Part shown: positions 12,168 through 24,200 of the stretch, piece after piece
Position numbering within the stretch: position 1 is the stretch's first letter
How the letters are laid out: each line of letters starts with the position of its first letter
Assembly (NCBI GenBank): GCA_002633005.1
Contig: NMRA01000120.1
Coordinates: forward strand, 559,940 to 623,939
From: Phoronis australis
Taxonomy: Eukaryota > Animalia > Phoronida
DNA: 64,000 nucleotides
Reading direction: 5' to 3'
Notes under the pieces: model-generated
Database searches by the model: none
Told to the model about the DNA's origin: nothing
Seen by the model: the letters and a program-made list of their open reading frames with translations, nothing else
Made by a program: the position numbers and the translations under genes

Positions 12168-12300
12168 CTTAGCTCGAGTAGTGAACAGGAGCAATTGAAC
12201 AACGTAAATGTGATTCTTACCGTTTCAAAGTTTCTTGTCACGTAATGGCCCAACATAATCAGCAGAACTCACTAAAACGCATCACTTCCCCGGCCATATT
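12168..12300 (-). promoter_or_regulatory. HECTD2 promoter and non-coding first exon with two alternative donors (exon ends 12221 or 12168)
   Basis: YY1-like AATATGGCCG (12291-12300) next to ETS-like GGAAGTG (12283-12289). Donors ACG|gtaaga and AAG|gtaaga. CpG-rich DNA starts here. Confidence 0.6.
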
Positions 12301-12994
12301 GTAAACAACGAGTGTCAAGCAATTTAGTTCTCTCAATTGACTGAAGAAGGCGCTTGAATTTGCCATTGCGCTCAAAAGGTAGCGCTGCAGCACTGGCATT
12401 GCAGTTTACCGTCCGCAACACGGTTCGTCCAACTTTAGTCAAGGCCGCGCCCGGCGGTTTAGGTTCATGACAGATCTCAGTTATCGCACTACCAGAATGA
12501 ACTTTTGTCAGGTAACAACAGAAAACTATTGCAGGCAGCGAAATACGGGTTTCTGAAATACGAGGATAAGTAACATCACCTCGGAATCAGTGGCGGGACT
12601 AGGATATCACAAGGGGGGGGCACAACATTTTGTTCTGTAACCATTGGCTCAAAGCACGATTGTAGATGCGCAGAGCACCGAATGGGGGAGGTCGGGAGGG
12701 GGGCAAACCCCCCTCCCGCCCAGGAAATTTTTCTGTTTTTTTCCTCTAAAAATCAAGCATTTTCCGTGATTCCCGAAGTATTATTAAGAAAAAAAGGAGA
12801 AAAAAAAACGAAGAAGGTGTCAGCCAGGAAAAACTGTATGCCAGCATAGACTATAGTACATGGACCGCCAACTCCGTTTACTTTCAATGGACGAAATCTG
12901 TGGTCTTACGCACAAGCCTTTACGTCATTATTCACTGGCGACACCTGGCTCAATTATCTGGTGTAATTTCCGGCAAGTACGTCGTCTGCTAATC

Positions 12995-13147
12995 ATGGTC
13001 GGTTGCTGTGTGGCCGGTTGTTCGGCTACGCAGGCGAAATGCAGAGGCGTTAGCTTCCATAGTGTACGAAGACCACAAAATCCGCTTTGGGAGAAAAAGT
13101 TATGTTCTTGCGTCGACGTGAATGGAAGTTTTTCTTCCAAAAAAAAA
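12995..13147 (+). mobile_element. THAP zinc-finger N-terminus (likely transposase-associated), cut off by an assembly gap
   Basis: MVGCCVAGCSATQAKCRGVSFHSV...W..KL fits the THAP pattern MxxCCVxGC...SFHxFP...W, but lacks the FP. Confidence 0.55.
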
Positions 13148-13366
13148 NNNNNNNNNNNNNNNNNNNNNNNNNNNNNNNNNNNNNNNNNNNNNNNNNNNNN
13201 NNNNNNNNNNNNNNNNNNNNNNNNNNNNNNNNNNNNNNNNNNNNNNNNNNNNNNNNNNNNNNNNNNNNNNNNNNNNNNNNNNNNNNNNNNNNNNNNNNNN
13301 NNNNNNNNNNNNNNNNNNNNNNNNNNNNNNNNNNNNNNNNNNNNNNNNNNNNNNNNNNNNNNNNNN
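13148..13366. other. Assembly gap (others at 14336-14364 and 18404-18431)
   Basis: Runs of N. Confidence 1.
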
Positions 13367-13750
13367 GTATCGCATTTGTCTGCGGATTTTTCCTTTGGCC
13401 TTCTAGATCCTACTAGTGCCTGGGAAAAACAGATACATTGCATAAACAAACCCTGGATCTTGTTTTGTGTCCCGTCGGAAGAAAATTTAAATTCGAAAAC
13501 ATCTTCTGAAAACGCACAAAAAAGTGTATTAGTAAAATCTACTGATTTTTAAGTGGTTTTAAAAAACAATCGGTAAACTCACCGATTTTTGTCTCATTAC
13601 TTTGATACGTGTCTCTTCCGATAAGTTAGTACCTAACGTGCAGACGAGCACTCCAAATTGGAACGCTAAGTCCCGCGTGGTTGCGCTGCACGCGAAACAA
13701 GATGGCGGACGACCTTTGGAGCCTGACGACAATAGGTAACCGGACTATAC

Positions 13751-14316
13751 CACAGACTCGAACTCACGACCTAGGGGACATAGCGCGTGCTCTACCAATG
13801 CACCACCACGATTTAACTCGTAATTTGAAATTAAAGAGACCTACTTGTTTATGGTCCACATCGTTTGCGCGCGAAACCTCCTTCTTTTCGTAATGCTTGT
13901 TACATGTTTTAAATTTGTGCCATCAGTTCGTAACAAATTTTTTGTATTTAAAATAGTCTTCAATTGCCCGGCAAGAGACCAAATCCGTTTTTGTGGAGGC
14001 AATAATGACGCGATTGCTTTGGAAATCGTCTTAAGTTAAGGTTTGACAAAGAGAGAATTATGAGTTTCTGAGTGATTCACTAACTTAAGGCTTCGATTAA
14101 AATTGACATCTTACCAGCAGCTTCTGTTTTTTCACCATCACTCAGATTCCATTTTCTTTAAAAATGAAGTAATGAGCAGACGACGGAAACGGAGTCGTAG
14201 TGCCCAGCGCCACTGCCGGTCGCCTGAGATATCGCGTTAGAGCCTATACTTAACCATGCATAGTTCTGTTACGATTGCACCGTGTTCCGAATTTGACACT
14301 TGAAATTGGATCTGAG
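13751..14316 (-). mobile_element. Partial copy of dispersed repeat (inverted homolog of 50079-50628), including tRNA-like cassette
   Basis: Long colinear reverse-complement match, e.g. gagcagacgacggaaacggagtcgtagtgcccagcgccactgccggtcg. Confidence 0.85.
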
Positions 14317-15897
14317 CGCAAACCCCACCCCCCCCNNNNNNNNNNNNNNNNNNNNNNNNNNNNNCCCTTCCCCAAATACTAAAACTGCACACATTTAAAT
14401 CTTGTTTCAGAGGTATAATTTTAATTACCGGGGTTAATTAATAAACTCAACATTTCCCTACACTCTTGCTGTTTTATTTTTTTTTGCGGCAGCCAAAGGG
14501 GGGGGCCTGGGCCCCCCCTAAATCCGTCTATGGGAATTGACATTGTCTTCTGAGTTGGAAAGTTCGACGGAGTAGGCCTACTTACTCGGAGTTCAGCCGA
14601 TTTTTCTGATGATTTTGAAAATGAGGCTTAAAAGTCAAGATTTATGTCTTTTTTAGCTCCAGTTGGAGAAAGTTTACTTTTGAGGTCATGCTTTTAAGGT
14701 ACACTTAGAAATGATAAAGTCCGGGATCCCTGGTAAATTGCATAAAGGGCCCGATGTCTCACGTGATGGCGGGCTGTCGATCGCCGGGTTCAACCGAGTT
14801 GTCCGCCCCCATGAAGACTTGACCGAATTTAATCAACCGACGCCCAAAATTCACCGAAACGCCTATTTTGGATAGTTCAAATAGGCAAAAGTCCTTTAAT
14901 GCACAGTATAATAAGGGTAGAGATTTTCCCGAAGTTTACAGAAACACGTGTAGCCGACACTGCATTTCATGATCATGAGACTTAGGCCTACTTGGCTTAT
15001 AAAAATAGTTAATGAATCGGTCCATTTCCTTAACAGGAAACCAGGAATTAACAGTGATCATGCACTATGACTTTTGGGCCCAGATATCCAGTTTCCACAG
15101 GGGTAATAATCTCAGCCAGGACCATAAACCTTTTTATAACCTGTGCTTGCTTACACAGGCCAACTGGGACAGTTGTATGTTAAGAGCAAAGTTCTCAAGA
15201 ATTGATTTCACTGACCTTGTATATCAATTTCAAAGGCCTATCGTGTGAGTGAAAGGACACCCAAATTCTAAGCCACTATGCGGACTAGTTACCTCTCAAA
15301 ATGTGTGTCCTTGTAGAGAACCAGTCTTCGTTGCCACGGTACTTGACGTCAGTTTTACGAAGAACCATGTGTCAGAACCGAGAAATTGAAATCTACTAGT
15401 CACGAATATCGCCATCTTCAGTGAGCGGTGTTCATTGGCAACCCATGATCTACATAACCTACCAGACAAAATTACTAAGGTAAAACTATTAGGATGGAAA
15501 AATTCTAATTACAGAATGGTTCAACCACTTTACTAACTTTCCTGTTAATTCCTCTTTATCCTCTTTCGTGAGGGAAGACTACTATGACTTCCGCCCTGCC
15601 GCCATGAAGGAAAAGTCCGGGTCATTTTGTCTGACTATTTATGGCTTGTACTGTTTATAGCAAGTACTTGTCATGAGATTGCCGATGCGTGCTTACACTG
15701 TGTCCATTTTTAGAAATTCAAACTTACTGCAGGTTTGAAATTTAAGATTCGATATTTTCACAATCTATGTACGAAAGAAACATCTAAGTAAAAGATTTTT
15801 ATTGTTTGGTGTCTTCATAGACAAATTTCAACGGATGAAAGCATACCAAATCTCAGGCATCACCCCAGAACACTAAACACTTGGATAGTAACACAAA

Positions 15898-15903
15898 TTT
15901 ATT
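15898..15903 (-). terminator. Candidate polyadenylation signal of the P450 (about 2-kb 3' UTR)
   Basis: AATAAA followed ~20 nt later by GT-rich GTGTTTAGTGTT. Other AATAAA hexamers exist nearer the stop, so this site is not unique. Confidence 0.4.
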
Positions 15904-17058
15904 CTTCGTACATGTACTTAAATACTGATTATGACACAATACCAACTTGATATTTATGTATTACATGATAACACCGGAAAACCTGGCGTACGATCGTAGA
16001 CGGCAAGACATTAGTTTGCACTATAGAGATGAATTCAATATCACACAGTTCGACATCCAAACCTCGTCGATCAACCACTTCAATGGACCTCTTTTTCTTA
16101 GGATGTGTTAGTAAACTCCAGAGACTGAATTCGCGTGATTTTACGAGGTTTGGCCAGATCTTGCTTCTCCCACAAGAAAGGCCTACGCAACGCTCTTCTG
16201 GTATAGATGTAGATACGTGTATAATGTACATATACATGTATGTTATCTACATACGTTCACGGCATTATAACAGAGTGTGGTCGTTAGCTTTCTGGGGTGA
16301 CGAGAAAAACATCGATTCGAAAACGAAATTCACAGCACTTTTGTTACGTGTTTTCTATTAATTTTATTCAATGTTTTCAAGGAATGACTTCAGCCAAACA
16401 ACAACTTTTGCAGGGCATAACATTTTAGTCATGGGTGATGGGCAAAACAGGAGAAAAAAGATGACTCATAACAACCGAGGAAACAGTATGATATTATATT
16501 CGACTATAAGGTCATAGCCTTATTTTCCGGGTCGTTGCAATTTTAAAATTTCCCAAAATGAATAAATTTCCCCTTCAAAGTAACGACCTTGGTATACCAG
16601 GTTTTATTGTACATGTTTGAAAACATTTGCATTGATAGAAAACGAGTTGAAAACAGGGCGAAGAAGAATGCTTACACATAAAACGCAATACATTTAATAC
16701 AATACGACGGAGGTAGACTACACCAACGTTATATGATGTTAAGTGATACAATTCAATAAATAAATACGTACAAGTCCGTGTTCGAAAATATGGTCAATTG
16801 TTAAATTAATTATCATGACTTTTCTCTGATGACACTCATCAGAAAATTTACTCCTTGTTTACATATTAAAAGAACACTGACATGAATATTAAAAAAATCA
16901 AAATCTGATTAATAATTCTTTGTTTACACCAAGCGAACAGATTGAAGCTGTATTGTTTGAGATAATCAGTTATGTCAATCACAACTTTTACCAAAATGGA
17001 GGCTGATACAGTACCTAAATTCAAACCAAACTTTATTTAAATCCAAGAACATGGTTGA

Positions 17059-17135
17059 AATAACAGGTACTAGATAAATACAAAATAACAGGCACTAGAT
17101 AAATACAAAATAACAGGCACTAGATAAATACAAAA
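17059..17135. repeat. Tandem ~26-bp repeat x3 (AATAACAGGYACTAGATAAATACAA core)
   Basis: Direct inspection. Confidence 0.9.
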
Positions 17136-17724
17136 TTTAAGAACAATCGTACAATTAAGACAAATATAAATCATTAACAAAATCTAATAGTAACAGTATT
17201 TGGCAGTTATAAAAAATATTCTAATACAAATGTTTTCAAATTAGAATACTTCTTAGTAAAATTAGACTTCGAACTTCGAAAACGCTGCAGTTCATACAAC
17301 AATTAAGAGAAAATTTATAAACACCAGTAATAATTACAGGTAAAATAAAAGATTCAATAAATAATTTCTCTCAGCTCTCATGTCTTTTGGGAACTTTACT
17401 ACAGGAGAGCACCGAATAACTGTACCTGGTTTCAATATCTTTGAATAATTGAGTCTTAATGCATGTACCTTGATCTATTTTACATATTTAATTGGACTGA
17501 ACCAGCAAATTTCGACAAAGGCAATACCTTTATGTAAAATTTAGAGATTTTAAATATATCTATACCTAGCTTAAGTGGCCCGGAAGCCGATATGCCGTTA
17601 TTTATACCTTCCAATTTTTCGGCTCAATCGATAATCTCGCGAGACTACAAAACCCGTTTGAGTAGGCACATTTCCGAGCAGGTGCTAATACTCATTGCTT
17701 CCCCCTCCGTCCCACATATAATAC

Positions 17725-17942
17725 CGTAAGGCGCTGCGAAATCGCCTCAAGCCAGATTGCGCTGCCGACAACAGGCAGAAAGGAATTTGCAGTTCGCAAA
17801 TCTTTCGCGTAAAGTAATTTGCCCTCCGCAAACCTTTCGCTGAAAGTGGATTTGCACTCGCAAATCCTTCGAGATATCAGCGACACCACACCGGGTTAAT
17901 AATTTCGAGAACAACGCGAAAGCGCAATCAATGCGAAGCGCT
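17725..17942 (-). other. Structured 3'-UTR RNA element with three tandem 32-nt hairpins (17775-17870)
   Basis: Units GAAGGAUUUGC-GAGU-GCAAAUCCACUUUC, GAAAGGUUUGC-GGAGG-GCAAAUUACUUUA, GAAAGAUUUGC-GAACU-GCAAAUUCCUUUC; flanking complementarity GAUUGCGCU/AGCGCAAUC. Confidence 0.7.
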
Positions 17943-18255
17943 TCACTCCTCGAAAACCTCGGATAAATCTGAATGGTAATCGGACGTCGCTGGGCTTGCC
18001 ACGATATCACAGACGTCTTTTCGTTTTTCCAATTTGATAACGATGCCGTTTTTCGGCGTTAGAGTGCCACCTTCGACGAAAGTCAGTGGAGTCTGGGTAG
18101 CCTCACATGTCCATATGGTAAATTTATGCAGTATTTTCACGAGCGCAATCTTCGTCTCCATTAACGCAAACCTCATGCCAACGCAATTTTTTGGCCCCGC
18201 ACCAAACGACATAAGAGCCATGGAGTGCCGTGCTGCTTTCCGCTGAGGTGTATGC
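17943..18255 (-). CDS. P450 last coding exon (heme-binding [10 protein letters not shown]; stop TGA)
   Basis: Cys-pocket motif; tttttctag| acceptor. Confidence 0.96.
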
Positions 18256-21200
18256 CTAGAAAAACAATCACCACTCATTAAAGATACACGTAGGACTATC
18301 ATACTCGACTAAGAAAACCGTTGAAAATGTTTTCAATGAATATTTTAGACTTACTTTGTTTCAAGCCACAAAGGCCTCAACAAAATGCGCCAAAAACTCA
18401 ATGNNNNNNNNNNNNNNNNNNNNNNNNNNNNCCCCCCCCCCTTGAAAACTTTATACACATCTAAAGGGGATATAAACCTTACGTCAGAAAAACTATCTTT
18501 TGATTAAGACCGCTTACCGCGATGATAAAACCGCCCTCAAATTGTTTTTAACTCGAATGAAGAGTGGTTTCTGGGCTTGGAAAAATGCCATTTCGTTTTT
18601 CCTCGAGATTATGCTCGGCGCATGAAATGACTCGAGGTTAGAAGTTCACTAGTTGCAGAGCCTGGTCTCCAACAATAACGAAGTATCGGTACTTCCCAAG
18701 TCCGGATATCACTTATAATTTGATTAAGGAACAAGTTGAAACCAATTTCGTAGTCCACAAAACAACTATCTATTTCCAGCGTCAGTCCTCTTTTGAAAAC
18801 AGGGCGAGCTGACTTTGAAGGAGCATCTATCTATGTAAGTTTCCAGAGATCATCTCTTGGAGTGAGCGCTCTTTCGGAAACCCTTTAAAATAGATACGTC
18901 AGACTGCAGCCGTACCCTATTGTGCATTTACCACTCACCTCTCAGGATCAAAAAGTTTGGTATCAGTGGGACCCCAATGCTCCATGCTGTAATGTACACT
19001 CCATAAGTCAGGCTGAATAATTGTGTCTTTTGGAATTGTTAAACCTTCCACTGTAGTTGTTTTCATACAGCGGCGCCCCTGAACGCTAGAAAATAAAAAG
19101 CAACGATGGTCTTTAAGTATGAAAAAGAAAAAGAATACACATTTGATGACAAGTAACGTTTAAAAGTATACAAAGAAAACATGTAACATCAATCAGATGT
19201 ATTCAATTCTCATACTTAATTTAACTCGCCATTGGCATCCGAGTTAAATGGGTGTAGGACTTACAAAACAAGTATAACCTCTTGCAGAACTTTTCTTTTC
19301 ACCTCAAACTATCTTGAAAACCAGACACGCACATGGTGGTTATCATATGTAATAAGTTAAATCTGCATTTCGCTCTAATTGGCTGGCTAATTTTTACTCT
19401 CCTCTCATAAAAATCAGTTTCATTAAATTCCTTAACGTGATAGGCTGCCATTTCCGTTACCAATTCAAGTAACAGGCAATGGTACAACTTAACTAAAGGG
19501 ATCTTCGGAGGTGAAATTCTGAGGCCAATTTTGAAACAAAAACTGAAGCGTATTTGAATGAAGATGAATTTTAAATGAGAGAGTAGTTAAAAGAGACTCT
19601 CAATCGAGAAGCCACGACCGCAACACTCACAGTTCTGCTAGAGGATACATTCGTAACGCTTCAGATACCACCATGTCCAGATAAGGCATCCGTAATACTT
19701 CTTCGTAACCGACTTTATTCTGTAAAATAAAGGCAGTCGCATTAAACTATCAATTATCTTGTACCTGCTTCGTCTAACGCGTTCAGCATGCACACGGTGT
19801 ATCTAACAATGTCGATCAATTTATCAAATCTAGCTTCTTGTTCATGAAGTTTTATACTACAAAAAGTTAATCAAATTTTAAAATTGTAAAATCCTTGTTT
19901 TTTGCTTCAAATTTTCATTGATTTTTAACTGCTAATTGGGATTGAACAATGCTAAACATTGCTAAACAATGCAAGGACACGTAGCTTTGGAATTTTTGTA
20001 CCCTTACCAAAGATAACTTAAGTTAGCACTCTCGGTCAGTGCTGGCTTATCAAGAAAATGGTGGGACAAATTCGACGAAGACAAGAATCGTTCACAAAAC
20101 CCCCAGGCTTGAGATACGTACACGCTGCACTGGGCGCGTGACGCTGTTTCCAGCTAACTTTACTCGAGATTTGACCTATTTACACTCAGTTATATATTTC
20201 AGGCCAGGATATGTCAGAAATGTCGCTCAAGTCAGTTCTATGCAAATAGAAAATTTCATATTTGCAAAAACGTACGTTGAATTGCGACGAGTGAGAGAAA
20301 ACGAAACCCACCGTGACTGAATAATGCGAGTCTATTTCTGCCTGCAGCTTCTGTTGTACGTCAGGGTTGCAAGCCAGTTCGTACCAGATGTACGCCAGCA
20401 ACGTGCTTGTCGTCTCGTAACCAGCGAGTAAAAACAGCACACTCTGCGCTTTAACTTCCTGAAAGTTCAAAATAAACGGAAATACGTCAAAATTCACGAG
20501 TTAAGTGTTTCAACTTGACGAAATCCCGACAGACGTTGCTTCACGAACTTTGCCGAAATCGCGACGTCTTGTCTTGCAAGTCCATTCACAAAAACAGCGC
20601 ATCATACTCTGACTCAAGTCCAAAAAATGCCGAGTTACACCTCTAAAAGCTCGACTAAAATCAAAGTTCTGGTAAAAAGCTCGTCCATTTTTTGGCAGAG
20701 CCTGAGAGAGTTCACTCCAATTTTGTCCGTATTATTTTTGAATACTAAAAAGTATCAACATCTCAATTGTCAAATTATTACACCTTCAAACAGAATATGC
20801 GGTGATCCATAGCGTGTCTACGTGAACTATTTTTAACCAAAATTATTAGTCGGTTTGAATAAAAAATGAAGTTTGTTATTACTTTATTCCATAATACGTT
20901 TGCCCCACATTACTTTACAGCTATTCTTGCGCATGCTGGCATTTTTAAAATTACCGGTATTCACAAATGATTCTAATTAACAAATTTTACTTACGTCCAT
21001 AGTTAAACCGAGTTTTGGCTTCTTGCTTTGCTTTCTCTTTTGTTTTTTATCCAAATTAGCAGACGATTTAGATTGATCATCTCCTGCAGTGCCCGCCACG
21101 GGACTACTTTCACTTTGTAAATTGAGCAGACGTTTTGTGAGCTTTTCTGCAAATGAATCCATATTTTTTGCACCTTGCTGCGTGCGCACCCCGTTTACAG

Positions 21201-24200
21201 TATTGCTGTTGTTATTCGTATCGTTACTTTCGTTTTCTGTCATCGTTAAAGTAGAGGACGAGGTCTTTCGGGAAGACGCTTCTATCTCGGCTTCCAGCAA
21301 GATCTGTAGCAAATCGACCCTGCCCTACAATATATTTGTGGAGATGTTTATCTAGTCAATATTTAAACAGAGAACGAAACTTGTCATTGAAGATATCATT
21401 TAAATGAACGCTGAGGATATCTTTAAATTTTTTTTCTAGGCGATATTTTAATAGAAAAAGTACAGCCTCCAAACCAAACGAGTACTTTAATAGAAGAATC
21501 GCTTCTTCGAAAACATTTCCAAACGAGTTTCGCGTTCTCGTTTTGTTTCAGTTTGTGAACTCCCAACCAAGAGTGCACACTCAAACGAAAGAGGGCGCTA
21601 GTACATTCAATAACTTGTGTACAGTTTGTCCTTACCCATTCTGTCTTTTGTCTCGTTTCAATCAGGTTGCCAAGGTTGTTAAATAACCAAACCATCATGT
21701 CCTCTCGAAAATAGCCGAGACACTTGTGTAGTTTCCACCAGCCTGTTCGAAACTCAGGGAAAAGGACTGGAAGAAAAACAATAAACACAAATGAACCTGA
21801 CCACATGGGCACAATAAAATTGGTCCACTGTGGTAGCAAAAACATTGATAATCATTATAGTTCTAATTTCGAATTTTTGTTACGTTACCGAAGCCCAAAC
21901 TGTTCTAAACGATCTGTAATTTTCATTTTTTTAAGAGCATTTTAATCATTGCTGTATCCTAACTGCGCTACAAGGAAGTTGGTTTGAAATCTGGGACACA
22001 AAAAAAGGACATGGATGCATCGTGGTAGCAAAAAATGAAGGCTATACCCAACAACCCAAAAACGCGAATGTGAAAACATACGAAAAGACTCTAAGGGGCC
22101 CCGCAAGTGCTTAATCCAATACTGTTTTACTAAATGTAACATCAACGATTGATTGAATGGAGTTTCAAGAGACAAATTCCACTGACACCATCAAACATGT
22201 ATTTGAAAAACTAATACAGTGGGCCAAACTCAATGAGTAAACTAACAGTTGTGGAAAGCACTCTGATTGAGTCGCCACACATACAATAAGTTGTAGAAAC
22301 GCAACAAGGTGTCGAAGTTATAACCACACTCAGAAGCAAAGGGTAAAAAGCTTCCATGAGGAAGACAAGTCCTACTGTGCATGGACATGTTTTATGGAAG
22401 CAATTGAGGAGTTGATAACTTACGTCCCAGCATAAGCAACCACAGTCTGTGCGTGTCTTCGCTGAACATTGCACGGCAACGTTTTAAGAAAGGGTCACTT
22501 TGGTCTGTCTGCGAGTTGACCTCCATTCCAAAAGCGCATTCGGCAATGACATCTAGTGTCAATGCCTGCATCATTCTGCAAATGCAATGTCAAACGTTAC
22601 AGAAGTATGACTTTGTCACAAGCATTGAATGCAAGCTTCTACGATCGTAATACTGTCTGGTACAACAAAAGAACGCTCAAGCAGAAAGGTCCCAAACAAT
22701 TCGACTTTTTCTAGGGATTAATGGCATACAGATGGACAAAACCATGATATGTGTTTTGAGTAACATAAGGAATTCTAGAAGTGTTCAGCAGTATAGGATA
22801 TGTACCTATAAATATCGAAAGGTTTCCCTTCTTGGTATTTTTCGTTTAAATGATCCACCAGTTCGTCGACGTGTTTGTTTATGACTGGTGACATTTGCTT
22901 CATTTTTGCAGGACTGAAGGTTGGATTGGTTACAGTGCGTAAGTGCTTCCATCTATCGCCAAGTGCGAGAAACATATGGACATCTCGACTACTTCCTGTT
23001 GCAGGATCTGGTTGAATAGGTAACCACTGCAATAGAAAAAGAAGTTCTTTAAGTTTTCTGTGTGCGTGTTAAAATACGCCTGTGAACTTCAACAAGGTGA
23101 AGGGTGCGACAAGTCCGCACATTAAGATTATAGAAGACCTTATTGCTACGTCTGCGTATTTAGCCTACTGTATATAAAACAATACATTTTTAACCCAATA
23201 AAAGCCAGTAGAATTAAATTTTTAGCTTTAAATCAATCTATTCTCAATTGGGGTACGTAACCGTATCTTTTTAGTAAAATTCAGTAAAAAAATAAATGCA
23301 CATTCAAAGCAAAACGACAGTGTCGATAATATTACCAAATTTGTGTTGATGGAAACATTCCAAGATGAAATCCCATGAACATAGAGTTTTTAATTGTCAT
23401 TTGTTTTTATTTTATTCAACTTTCATTTGTTGCCATAAAAATCATTAAAATCTTATACTTAATTATCGCCTAGTGTGAAAGAGGAACATCTCGAAAACGA
23501 TTCCTAACAAGGTATTCGAAAGTAGTGCGCAAAGCGTAGTAACTGAAAGTTTCACACCAAGGTGATCCCTGGCAATTCTGTGATTTGATGTGACGCGAAG
23601 TTGACCAATTTTGGACATATAGTGCACTACATAGCTTTAACCCAAATAATAATGACACAGAAATGTAAAATGCTACTCCAACCCTAACAGATTAAAAGCA
23701 CACGAAAATGGTTTGAATTGAGTGAGCATTTAACTTCTTAAATGGTAAAACTCAGCCCTCACCTTGCGACCATAAAAGTTTGAAAACTGTTTGATGTAGA
23801 CTTGCTTTAAAACTTCCAGATCTGACGTGACAAGGATGGGTGTAGGTCCCTCGTAATATCCGTATGTTTTTCCATACTCTGTTGTCCAGTCTCGAATTGC
23901 CTCACAAATTTTCTGTGAAAGACATAAACAGTTGGGTACACTTTGCGAAATCATGCGATTCTCTAGGCAGCACCCGAACCAATGTTCACATGAACTAAAT
24001 ATGCCAGCTGCGACACACAAGCCTCGTTGAATGTGCTCTTCAGAGAACAAATGTTGAATGAAGAAGATTGCAACTAAACAGTTTATTGCACGAATATCTG
24101 CTTTAGTCTGCTCTCTGACACAGCGCCACCTATACTATGAAAGAGTGTGTGCTTTGATGCCAAATGTATGAAATAGGACCTCCCAAAAGTATGCCCAAAG

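Noticed and set aside
12860-13552. Long ORFs spanning the N gap
   Set aside because: Their length comes from Ns; only the THAP-like start is informative.
17775-17870. Iron-responsive elements or a CRISPR-like array
   Set aside because: The loops are not CAGUGN with a C-bulge 5 bp below; the units are contiguous with no spacers, and the context is eukaryotic.
17690-17945. Selenocysteine or stop-codon readthrough of the P450 (three in-frame UGAs, then ~60 open codons)
   Set aside because: No SECIS core (AUGA..AA..GA) is visible, three readthroughs would be needed, and all frames are open here simply because the segment is GC-rich.
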